Of a DNA stretch of 64,000 nucleotides, positions 56,166 through 64,000 are shown piece by piece. The DNA lies in NCBI GenBank assembly GCA_032128875.1, contig JAVLKG010000004.1, positions 512,001 through 576,000 of the forward strand, in the 5' to 3' direction. Positions within the stretch are counted from its first letter, which is position 1. Every line of letters begins with the position of its first letter. The translations under genes and the position numbers were made by a program. The stretch is from Candidatus Melainabacteria bacterium 17Bon1m (GTDB taxonomy: Bacteria > Cyanobacteriota > Vampirovibrionia > Obscuribacterales > Obscuribacteraceae). The notes under the pieces are model-generated. The model did not search any database, had not been told where the DNA came from, and saw nothing but the letters and a program-made list of their open reading frames with translations.

Positions 56166-58334
56166 CTAGGGCGAGGAGCTCGAAGGGGCTCCCCTGTGCT
56201 CAGTGATGGAATCAGTAGGAGGAGGCGGAATGAGTCGTTTTGTGTTGGCATGTCCTAAGAATCCATGACCCTGCCATACAAAGTCAGTCAAGATAGATTG
56301 GTCGTGAGTGTAAGCGTCGCGGAAATACACCTCGATTTTCGGGTTGAATTCCTTGAGCTCTCGGATTATGTTTGCTTTGACAGTTGGCGACCATTCACGC
56401 AGCCCCAGTTCCACCTTCTTCAGATTTGGAAACTGTTTCAAAATGCCGACCACCTTTGGGGTAACTACGGTTCTCGACAAATCCAGCCATTCAAGAGATT
56501 TGATTGGCAGAAGATTGGCGACTCCTTTGTCCGAAATTGTATTGGTCGATAAGTCAATTACTCTCAGTGTTTTGCTTTTGGCTAAGCCCGCAATATCTGA
56601 GTCGGTAAAGCCGTTGACACTGACTATAATTTCGTAAAGCCTGGGAAACTTCGTGATGTTCTTGATGAAAGTCTCACAGCCATCTGTGTGACTCAGTTCT
56701 ATTCCGTTGAGATTGTAGATGTTGGGCAACTTAAGCATTTTTGCGCAATCAACGTCTGTATGCGACAAGTTGAGATACTGAAGCTTCTTAAACGCTCCCA
56801 GAACAGGCAAATCTCTGTCACTAAATGCGGTACCACTCACATTGAGAATGCGCATGTCCTCAAACTTCTTAATTGCGTTGAAATAGCTTGAATCGACTGT
56901 TTCTGCATTGAAATCAAAGACAGAAATCTCGTCCGGTCTGAATTTATCGATATATTCAGGCGTAATGAAATCACCGGCAACAAATCCGGTCTTCATATTT
57001 ATAGGAGCGGTAACCCGTCCACGAGCCAGACCAGTAGAGCCATTTGCCGCAATCAGAAGTCCAACTACTTTATTGTCAGGGAAATAGAAAGTCTTCTTTG
57101 TCTTTCCAGGATGAGCTCTATCCGGTTCTATTTGTGACCAGTACTCGCTTCCCTGTTGATTGAGCTGCGGTTGCACCGGAGCCGGTTCCACCAGAGCTGT
57201 TTTCATACCTTGCTTATTCATTACGTACATAAGCGCGTACAAGCTTGCTGCGCCCAGTAGATACATAGACACACCAAACACCGCCAGTTTCGACAGAGTC
57301 ATTGTTTTCAATGCTCGTGCTACTGCTGTCTTGAAACTATTTTCGGGAGTTACGGAAAGAAGAACAGGGTTTTGTCTGGTGATTTCTTGCTTGTTCTCAT
57401 CGATAGCTCGCTCCAGTGCAATGAGATCGCTGGCCAGAAGATTGGCTGATTGATAGCGATTGTCAGGATCTTTTTCCAACAACTTGCAGATAATCGCTTC
57501 TAGCGCGGCTGGATAGCTCACTCCTAAGGATGCTTCCTTGAGACTCAATTGAACATCGCTTTGATGTTTCATCATTGTTGCCAGCGCTGTTTCGCCCATA
57601 AAAGGAGGCGCGCTCGTCAAAGCTTCATAAAATACGCAGCCCAGAGAATACAGATCTGACCGATGGTCGACAGGCAGCCCTGCACATTGCTCCGGACTCA
57701 TGTAGAAAGGACTGCCGAAGACTTCACCAGTGCGCGTCAACGTCTGCTGATTGAATTCATCCACTCCGGTAAGTTTTGCTATTCCGAAATCGACAACTTT
57801 AATCCCTTCAACTTCGTTTTCGCTCTTAGGCGGCACTAACATGATATTGCTAGGCTTCACGTCACGGTGAATAATCTTTCGCTCGTGTGCGTATCCCAGT
57901 GCGAAAGCTACTTGAATAAAAATGCGCACGGCGCGATCGATAGGCAAGTGGGCGATTGCTTTGATCTCGTCAGCTAAGGTCCTGCCTTCCACAACCTCCA
58001 TCAGAAAGAAAGGTTGTCCGCTATCCAACAATCCCAGTTCGAAAACTTTCAAGAGGTTGGGATGGTCAAGCATGTAGGCTGCTTTTGCTTCATTTTGAAA
58101 ACGCCGCCAGCTGGCGTTTTCTTCCTGAAACTTATTCATGCACTTAAGTGCAAACTGTCTTTCCATCAAAAGATGGTCTACGCGATAGACACTGCCCATG
58201 CCGCCTGCGCCCAGAAGCTCAATGACGCGAAACTTTCCCGAAAGAATAGTTCCCGGTTCTATGAATGGACCCATGATTGGATTCATTGCATAGGTACGTT
58301 CGCTTGTCGGCGTGATTTCTTGATAGGACCCCAT
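56166..58334 (-). CDS. Receptor-like Ser/Thr kinase: kinase-TM-LRR (array copy 2)
   Basis: LGAGGMGSVY, HRDVKPSN, DFG; TM LAVFGVSMYLLGAASLYALMYVM; LRRs LQYLNLSHTDV, LEWLDLSRTVVT. Confidence 0.95.
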   Translation of the reverse strand: MGSYQEITPTSERTYAMNPIMGPFIEPGTILSGKFRVIELLGAGGMGSVYRVDHLLMERQFALKCMNKFQEENASWRRFQNEAKAAYMLDHPNLLKVFELGLLDSGQPFFLMEVVEGRTLADEIKAIAHLPIDRAVRIFIQVAFALGYAHERKIIHRDVKPSNIMLVPPKSENEVEGIKVVDFGIAKLTGVDEFNQQTLTRTGEVFGSPFYMSPEQCAGLPVDHRSDLYSLGCVFYEALTSAPPFMGETALATMMKHQSDVQLSLKEASLGVSYPAALEAIICKLLEKDPDNRYQSANLLASDLIALERAIDENKQEITRQNPVLLSVTPENSFKTAVARALKTMTLSKLAVFGVSMYLLGAASLYALMYVMNKQGMKTALVEPAPVQPQLNQQGSEYWSQIEPDRAHPGKTKKTFYFPDNKVVGLLIAANGSTGLARGRVTAPINMKTGFVAGDFITPEYIDKFRPDEISVFDFNAETVDSSYFNAIKKFEDMRILNVSGTAFSDRDLPVLGAFKKLQYLNLSHTDVDCAKMLKLPNIYNLNGIELSHTDGCETFIKNITKFPRLYEIIVSVNGFTDSDIAGLAKSKTLRVIDLSTNTISDKGVANLLPIKSLEWLDLSRTVVTPKVVGILKQFPNLKKVELGLREWSPTVKANIIRELKEFNPKIEVYFRDAYTHDQSILTDFVWQGHGFLGHANTKRLIPPPPTDSITEHRGAPSSSSP

Positions 58335-58383
58335 GCAAATGATCTACCCGAATCACCCGCTGCATATGTATTTCGCTAATTGA

Positions 58384-60561
58384 CTACAATTTGGGGATCT
58401 CGACAAACTTGGTTAAGTCAAGGTCAGTGTACGATCTTACGCTTTTCCCCTTCCATGGCAATTCAGGCAGGCATGCGTCCAAATCAGTGGTACTGACGTC
58501 TTTCCAAATTGTTTCGATATCAGGTCTGTGCTTTCTAATGTACTGTTCGAATTGTCTTTTCTCGTCCGTATTGAAAACAGCGCCTAGTTCTATTTTTTTC
58601 AACGCAGGAAATCTTGCCAGAATCTCACAACAATTTGGTTGAATGGCAGTCTGAGTAAGATCGATCCATTGCAATGTTTTGAGCGGTAGCAGCTTTTCCA
58701 GCCCATTGTTTGTGATGCCGTTATGCGCGAATGACAAAACCTTTAGCGACTTACTCTTAGCGATATTAGCCAGATCGCTGTCACCTAAATCGAAACTCCC
58801 AGCAATCACAAGAGATTTCAATTTCGGCAATTTGGGAACCATCGCCGCAAATTTGTCGCCATCACTGGCGCCAGCTATATCCAGGCAAGCCAAGTTTTGA
58901 AGAATCGGCAATCGCAAAATTTCAATGCAAGTAACACGTGTCGTTGCCAGATTTAGATAGCGAAGATTCTTCAATCCGGCAATGTTGGGCAAGTCTTCAT
59001 CTTTAAAGTCGGTACCGCTGAGATTGAGAATCTTAAGACCAGTGAGACGTCTCAAATGCTTATAAACCTCAGGGTTTATCTGTCTGGCACCCCCAAGGCT
59101 AAGAACTTGTAGGTCATCTGGTCGGAAGCCATCCAATAATTCCGAGTGTTCTATGACATTTTTGTTTGTTAGCAATCCAACGGGCTTTCCGATGGGGACC
59201 TTTACAACGCCTTTTGCCGGCTCACGTGAGCCATCTTCAAACTCTAGCTCGCCTAGAGATTTATCTTCCGGAAAGTGAAACTCGACAAACTGCTTTGTTC
59301 GCGTCGTCCACGGCTTAATCTGCACCTTCATGGATGGGACGGGAGCTGGCGTTATTTTTGTGGAATTGTTAGGACTTGCAGCTCTTAGCCTAGGTTGAGA
59401 AATTTTCGGCGCTATGGTCTGCGTACTTACAAGCCAATAGCAAATAATCAACCCCAGAACAAATGTAAGAGAACAGGCACCGATCGTTATATAGATACTT
59501 GGCGCAATTGCCAGTTTCTCCTTTTCCATTTCGATTTTGTGCGCAGCATTGCTCAGAGCTGCTTTTACGATGGTTGCCTCATCACCGCTCAACGTTTTTT
59601 CCAAAAGAATCAAATCTTCCGCCAAGTTATTTGCTGATTGATAACGATTGTCTGGATTTTTCTCTAACAACTTTTCGATAATGGTCTGAATTTGTTCGGG
59701 GAAATCGTCTCCCATTGAAGCTTCTTTGAGCGACAGCGGAACGTCGGATTGATGTTTTAACATCGTTGAAAGTGCGCTGTCACCGATGAAAGGTGGTGCT
59801 CCAGTGAGCGTTTCATAAAACACGCAACCGAGCGAATAAAGATCAGAGCGATGATCGACCGCAATTCCCATGCATTGTTCGGGGCTCATGTACAGCGGAC
59901 TGCCAAATATTTCTCCTGTCTTTGTAAGCGTTTGCTGATTGAACTCATCAACACCAGTGAGTTTTGCAATTCCAAAATCAACGACCTTCACAATTTCTTG
60001 TTCTTGCTCATAGTGAGGTTTTGCCAGCATGATATTGCTGGGTTTCAAATCTCTGTGGACAATCTTGTGGTTGTGCGCGTATTGGATAGCAAAGGCAACG
60101 TGGATGAAAATCTTGAGCGCCCGTCCCAACTCCAATTTTCCTTGTTTCTTTATCTCATCGGCAAGGGTAGGACCATCCACCAATTCCATAAGGAAATATG
60201 GTTGACCGCCGGGCAAAAGTCCGAAATCATAAACGCGAATCAGATTCGCATGATCAAGCATGTGCGCAGCTTTCACTTCATTCTGAAAGCGTCTCCAAGT
60301 GCCATCGTTTGTTTGGGCTTTGCTCAAACATTTAAGAGCGTAGATGCGATTGACCAGCAGATTCTCAACACGATAAACGCTGCCCATCCCCCCTCTTCCA
60401 AGCAAATCAATGATGCGATACTTCTCCAAGATAATCTCGCCGGCGGCCAACACCACATGCGGTTGCATTGTGACATTCAAGGTCGTGTCACACGAAGCGG
60501 CATCCGCTTGCTCAAGCGACAGCTCTAAGTCGTTGTCTTTTTCCTTTGACTCTTCTGCCAC
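58384..60561 (-). CDS. Receptor-like Ser/Thr kinase: kinase-TM-LRR (array copy 3)
   Basis: LGRGGMGSVY, HRDLKPSN, DFG; TM IYITIGACSLTFVLGLIICYWLV; LRRs LKILNLSGTDF, LRYLNLATTRVT. Confidence 0.95.
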   Translation of the reverse strand: MAEESKEKDNDLELSLEQADAASCDTTLNVTMQPHVVLAAGEIILEKYRIIDLLGRGGMGSVYRVENLLVNRIYALKCLSKAQTNDGTWRRFQNEVKAAHMLDHANLIRVYDFGLLPGGQPYFLMELVDGPTLADEIKKQGKLELGRALKIFIHVAFAIQYAHNHKIVHRDLKPSNIMLAKPHYEQEQEIVKVVDFGIAKLTGVDEFNQQTLTKTGEIFGSPLYMSPEQCMGIAVDHRSDLYSLGCVFYETLTGAPPFIGDSALSTMLKHQSDVPLSLKEASMGDDFPEQIQTIIEKLLEKNPDNRYQSANNLAEDLILLEKTLSGDEATIVKAALSNAAHKIEMEKEKLAIAPSIYITIGACSLTFVLGLIICYWLVSTQTIAPKISQPRLRAASPNNSTKITPAPVPSMKVQIKPWTTRTKQFVEFHFPEDKSLGELEFEDGSREPAKGVVKVPIGKPVGLLTNKNVIEHSELLDGFRPDDLQVLSLGGARQINPEVYKHLRRLTGLKILNLSGTDFKDEDLPNIAGLKNLRYLNLATTRVTCIEILRLPILQNLACLDIAGASDGDKFAAMVPKLPKLKSLVIAGSFDLGDSDLANIAKSKSLKVLSFAHNGITNNGLEKLLPLKTLQWIDLTQTAIQPNCCEILARFPALKKIELGAVFNTDEKRQFEQYIRKHRPDIETIWKDVSTTDLDACLPELPWKGKSVRSYTDLDLTKFVEIPKL

Positions 60562-60613
60562 ATCGACCTCAGAAAAGGGGCAATAGAGCTCCTATTTCAG
60601 TATATTCCTCGAT

Positions 60614-62779
60614 TCACTTAAGGTTGCCAGCGTCCCACTTGAAGTCAGGAAGATTCTTCGCCAAGTCAGAGGTCTCCTCATCGGTCCAAAAGACTTTGAT
60701 GGAAGGCAGCTTTTGTTTTAACGCCTTTTCAAATGTCCGCTTTTGCTCCCCAGTCCAATCTAAATCGCCTAATTCGAGCTTTTTAAGTCCAGGCATCTCA
60801 CGCAAACTCTCAATGCAATTCGGCGAAACCGCAGTCGCAGATAAGTCAAGCCACGTCAGGTTTTTCATGTCCTTAAGATAACTGACACCAGCGTCCGTAA
60901 TATCTTTGTTTTGCGAAACACACAACACTCGCAGCGGATTGCACTGAGAAATGTCTTTCATCAGAACATCGTCCAATTGGCAATTTTGCATCTGCAGTTC
61001 ATACAAATTGGGTAGTTCGCCAAGCGTCTTACAAAACGGCACCATGCCTTGATTGTTAGATATGTCAATGGCGTTGAGATTGGATAAGACAGGTGACTTT
61101 ATGAGTGCATCGCCGTGCACTTGCGTATCGTTGAAATTCGCATAGCGCAGATTACTAAGTTTATCCAAGCTAGAAATCGCCGAATTATTGAAGAGCGTGT
61201 GTTTTGCGTTCAACGCCTTTAGGCTGGTCATATGTGCAATGTAAGAGAATCCTGCCGCTTTGAAGTGCGGAGCAGAACTAAAATTGAGAAAGACCAGGTC
61301 GTCCGGAGCAAATCCCATAAGCAATTCCGGAGCATCCAGTGCATTGTTTCTCACCAGCAATGACAATCTTCTCTGCTTGGGGAATTTCTTCTCCCCTTCC
61401 GCTTCGCAGATGAAGGCAAAATCGTCGATGATAGAACCCATGCAGATACCTTTGGGAAAGGTCAACACACGATTTTCACCATCAATTTTTGAAAAACTTC
61501 CGAGAGCTGGTGGAGCAATTTTCTTTTCTGCATCCGCTGATGACTGAAAGGACGCCTGGGCTGTTGACGTAGTCGCAAAAGGTGATTCCTTCGACATACG
61601 CTCTTCGTAAAACGTTTTAAGTTCTTTTATTTGGTTGCTCAAAGCAAAATAGCAGACTGTTGCGCCTGCTGCTGCACCAAGAAGAGCTGCCGCTGCGGCA
61701 ATCAGAAGTGTGTTATTGGTAAAACTCTGCCCGCCTTTTGTAGCTGTTTTGCCGCGGTCTGCCCGCAATTCTCCAATTTGCTGTGGGGGCGAACTGCTAC
61801 TTTCTCCGCTCAGGCTGCGCTCCAGCTCAATCAGATCGGCAGCAAGTGAGTTCGCTTTTTGATAGCGGTCATCAGGATCTTTCTCGAGAAGTTTGGCAAT
61901 GATCTTTTCCAATCCAATCGGAAAACCAATGCCCATTGATGCTTCTTTCAATGAAAGCGGCGGCTCCTGCTGGTGTTTCATCATGGTGGCAATGGCTGTG
62001 TCACCGATAAAAGGAGGCGCACCGGTAAGAGCTTCGTAAAAGAGACAACCAAGCGAATACAAGTCGCAGCGGCTGTCTATACCAGTGCCCGCGCATTGCT
62101 CTGGGCTCATGTATAGAGGACTGCCAAATATTTCGCCGGTCTTTGTCAGTGTTTGTTGATTGAATTCGTCAACGCCGGTCAATTTTGCGATACCGAAATC
62201 GACTACCTTGACTGATTCTTCTCCGTTTTTGTTTTCCAGCATAATATTGCTGGGTTTCAAATCTCTGTGAATAATGCGATGGTCGTGCGCATAATGAATG
62301 GCAAATGCTACTTGTATGAAAATCTTGATAGCACGCTTCATTGGCAGGCGTCCGAGCTTCCTGATTTCGTCAGCCAGAGTTACCCCTTCGACCAGCTCCA
62401 TAAGGAAATAAGGACGTCCACCAGGCAAAAGTCCGAATTCGAATACGCGAAGCAAGTTGGCGTGATCCAGCATGTTTGCTGCTTTTGCTTCGTTCTCAAA
62501 ACGGCGCCAGTTGATGTCGTTGCGATGGCACTTGTTCAAGCATTTCAGTGCGTACTGCTGGTTCATAAACAAGTGATCAACCTTGTAGACGCTACCCATG
62601 CCGCCTACGCCTAACAATTCCAAAATCTTGAACTTTTCCAGAAGGATAAGTCCGGGTTGAATTTCGGCAGGAGCTTGTGCCTGCAAAGACATTGTCGTGT
62701 CGGCAAAAGGCAATCCTTCGCGAAGTGGTGATTCTTGCGACTCAGTCATGCTCGTCTTTTCTTCTTCAGCCTCGGTCAT
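60614..62779 (-). CDS. Receptor-like Ser/Thr kinase: kinase-TM-LRR (array copy 4)
   Basis: LGVGGMGSVY, HRDLKPSN, DFG; TM LLIAAAAALLGAAAGATVCYFAL; LRRs LYELQMQNCQL, LTWLDLSATAV. Confidence 0.95.
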   Translation of the reverse strand: MTEAEEEKTSMTESQESPLREGLPFADTTMSLQAQAPAEIQPGLILLEKFKILELLGVGGMGSVYKVDHLFMNQQYALKCLNKCHRNDINWRRFENEAKAANMLDHANLLRVFEFGLLPGGRPYFLMELVEGVTLADEIRKLGRLPMKRAIKIFIQVAFAIHYAHDHRIIHRDLKPSNIMLENKNGEESVKVVDFGIAKLTGVDEFNQQTLTKTGEIFGSPLYMSPEQCAGTGIDSRCDLYSLGCLFYEALTGAPPFIGDTAIATMMKHQQEPPLSLKEASMGIGFPIGLEKIIAKLLEKDPDDRYQKANSLAADLIELERSLSGESSSSPPQQIGELRADRGKTATKGGQSFTNNTLLIAAAAALLGAAAGATVCYFALSNQIKELKTFYEERMSKESPFATTSTAQASFQSSADAEKKIAPPALGSFSKIDGENRVLTFPKGICMGSIIDDFAFICEAEGEKKFPKQRRLSLLVRNNALDAPELLMGFAPDDLVFLNFSSAPHFKAAGFSYIAHMTSLKALNAKHTLFNNSAISSLDKLSNLRYANFNDTQVHGDALIKSPVLSNLNAIDISNNQGMVPFCKTLGELPNLYELQMQNCQLDDVLMKDISQCNPLRVLCVSQNKDITDAGVSYLKDMKNLTWLDLSATAVSPNCIESLREMPGLKKLELGDLDWTGEQKRTFEKALKQKLPSIKVFWTDEETSDLAKNLPDFKWDAGNLK

Positions 62780-62785
62780 GCTCTA

Positions 62786-64000
62786 TTACAAACCTTCTCC
62801 CTTCCAATCAAAATCGAGGCAAAATTCAGGAGTGCTGCTTTCCGGACTGCCAAGAAAAAGTTTTACTTTGGGCAATGCTTTTCTGAGCGCCATGACGGCA
62901 CTCTTCGACGTCATATCGTTAGACAATCCGAGATGAGTTAGATTGGGGAGTTGACGCAGTGAATCAAGACATTTCATGTCCGCAGAAGTGCCGCAAAGAT
63001 CGAGATATTTCAAGTCTTTCAATTTGGTCAAATGTTTCACACCCTCATTGGTCACGCCCATGTTTTGACCGACAGCGAGCGCTCTCAGCGTGCGAGCTTT
63101 GGCAATCTGCTTAAGAGTATCGTCAGTAAGACTGTCTCCGTGCAACGCTAGCTGGTAGAGTCTTGGCATCTCTTCAATGCGTTCTAAAAATGTCTCGATA
63201 TTTTGAATGCCGCCTGCGTGAAGAGAAGTCAGCTTGGACAAAAACTTCATCGAGGCCAGCCCATTGCCTGTAATTGTCGTCATGCTCACATTGAGATAAC
63301 TCACATTAGGAAGCGAATCCAGATATTTTAGGTCCGAGTCGCTGAAGTCGGAAAACTTGACGTTGAGTGCTTTTAGGCCGGTTAAGTGAGTTAGCGCAGA
63401 GAAGACTTTCGATATCGCCATATCATTTCGCGACATGAATACTAACGTGAGATCATTAGGTCCGAATTTCTTCAACAAGAGCGGATTTTTTGCCAGCGCA
63501 TCGTAAGTGGGATTGAAACCGATGAGCTGATCGTGTGGTACACGGACTTCACCAATGCAGTTGACTCCAGGCTTGTCGGAGAAGAGAAACGCGCCGATTG
63601 GTGTTTTTGGAAAGAGGAAAACTCTTTCTTTGGTTGCCGGATCAATGTGCGAAAACGGCTTTTCATCGAGAGTCGGAGCGCTAGCGCGTGGTTGAGACTC
63701 TATGACAATAGGACGTTTTCTTGCACGCTCCGCATCCAATTCGCCCTGCAGAAGCACAAAGCTGACGCCCATTCCTGCTAGAAATGCGGCGGCGCCGATT
63801 ATTCCCTGTCCAATCGGATTGCCTGCAAAAATAGACTGTTCTTTCGGAATGTAGGCAGCTCTATTACCGCTTTTGGAACCATCTGCCACCGTGCCCGAAG
63901 CAGCTCTATCGTATTTGAGATGACTTTCCAGTTGGATGAGGTCTTGAGCCAGGAGACTCGCATTCTGATAGCGCTGATTTGGATCTTTCTCCAAGAGTTT
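62786..64000 (-). CDS. Receptor-like Ser/Thr kinase: kinase-TM-LRR (array copy 5), 5'-truncated by the window edge
   Basis: Begins at the kinase C-terminal motif KLLEKDPNQRYQNA, then TM IIGAAAFLAGMGVSFVLL and LRRs such as LKYLDLCGT. Stop lies 6 nt before the copy 4 start. Confidence 0.92.
   Translation of the reverse strand, partial: KLLEKDPNQRYQNASLLAQDLIQLESHLKYDRAASGTVADGSKSGNRAAYIPKEQSIFAGNPIGQGIIGAAAFLAGMGVSFVLLQGELDAERARKRPIVIESQPRASAPTLDEKPFSHIDPATKERVFLFPKTPIGAFLFSDKPGVNCIGEVRVPHDQLIGFNPTYDALAKNPLLLKKFGPNDLTLVFMSRNDMAISKVFSALTHLTGLKALNVKFSDFSDSDLKYLDSLPNVSYLNVSMTTITGNGLASMKFLSKLTSLHAGGIQNIETFLERIEEMPRLYQLALHGDSLTDDTLKQIAKARTLRALAVGQNMGVTNEGVKHLTKLKDLKYLDLCGTSADMKCLDSLRQLPNLTHLGLSNDMTSKSAVMALRKALPKVKLFLGSPESSTPEFCLDFDWKGEGL

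Noticed and set aside
53807-64000. Diversity-generating retroelement or recent gene conversion driving LRR variation
   Set aside because: No reverse transcriptase in the window, no near-identical template/variable repeat pair with adenine-specific differences, and paralogues differ at synonymous sites throughout.

Overview
Gene-dense chromosomal bacterial window of about 50 CDS and mid-range GC. I found no rRNA, tRNA, CRISPR array, transposase, integrase or phage genes. Eight Hanks-type Ser/Thr kinases, a TPR-CHAT protein, CtpA and an SbtA-family remnant, with no photosynthesis genes, suggest a non-photosynthetic cyanobacterial relative such as Vampirovibrionia/Obscuribacterales; this is an inference, not a database result. 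Housekeeping content: KdpD/KdpE-like two-component pair, ABC-F ATPase, thioesterase, corrinoid adenosyltransferase, tRNA nucleotidyltransferase (probably CC-adding), M23 peptidase, aldehyde dehydrogenase, NanE, rhomboid, TetR-MFS, FGE-family protein, ROK kinase, flavin monooxygenase, and a mycobacterial Sdh1-like succinate dehydrogenase operon. Most notable: (1) a tandem array of at least five kinase-TM-LRR receptor-like kinases running off the right edge, with near-invariant activation segments and divergent LRR ectodomains; (2) a 28-bp REP-like palindrome family (5 full copies, 1 partial, including an inverted doublet); (3) two unlinked ~90-aa paralogues of unknown function that may share upstream motifs; (4) a long hairpin plus terminator between the KdpD-like gene and an internally deleted SbtA remnant; (5) a small metallothionein-like ORF; (6) a 682-aa protein with Pro/Gln repeats and a duplicated unknown beta-rich domain. 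All family calls come from motif recognition by eye.
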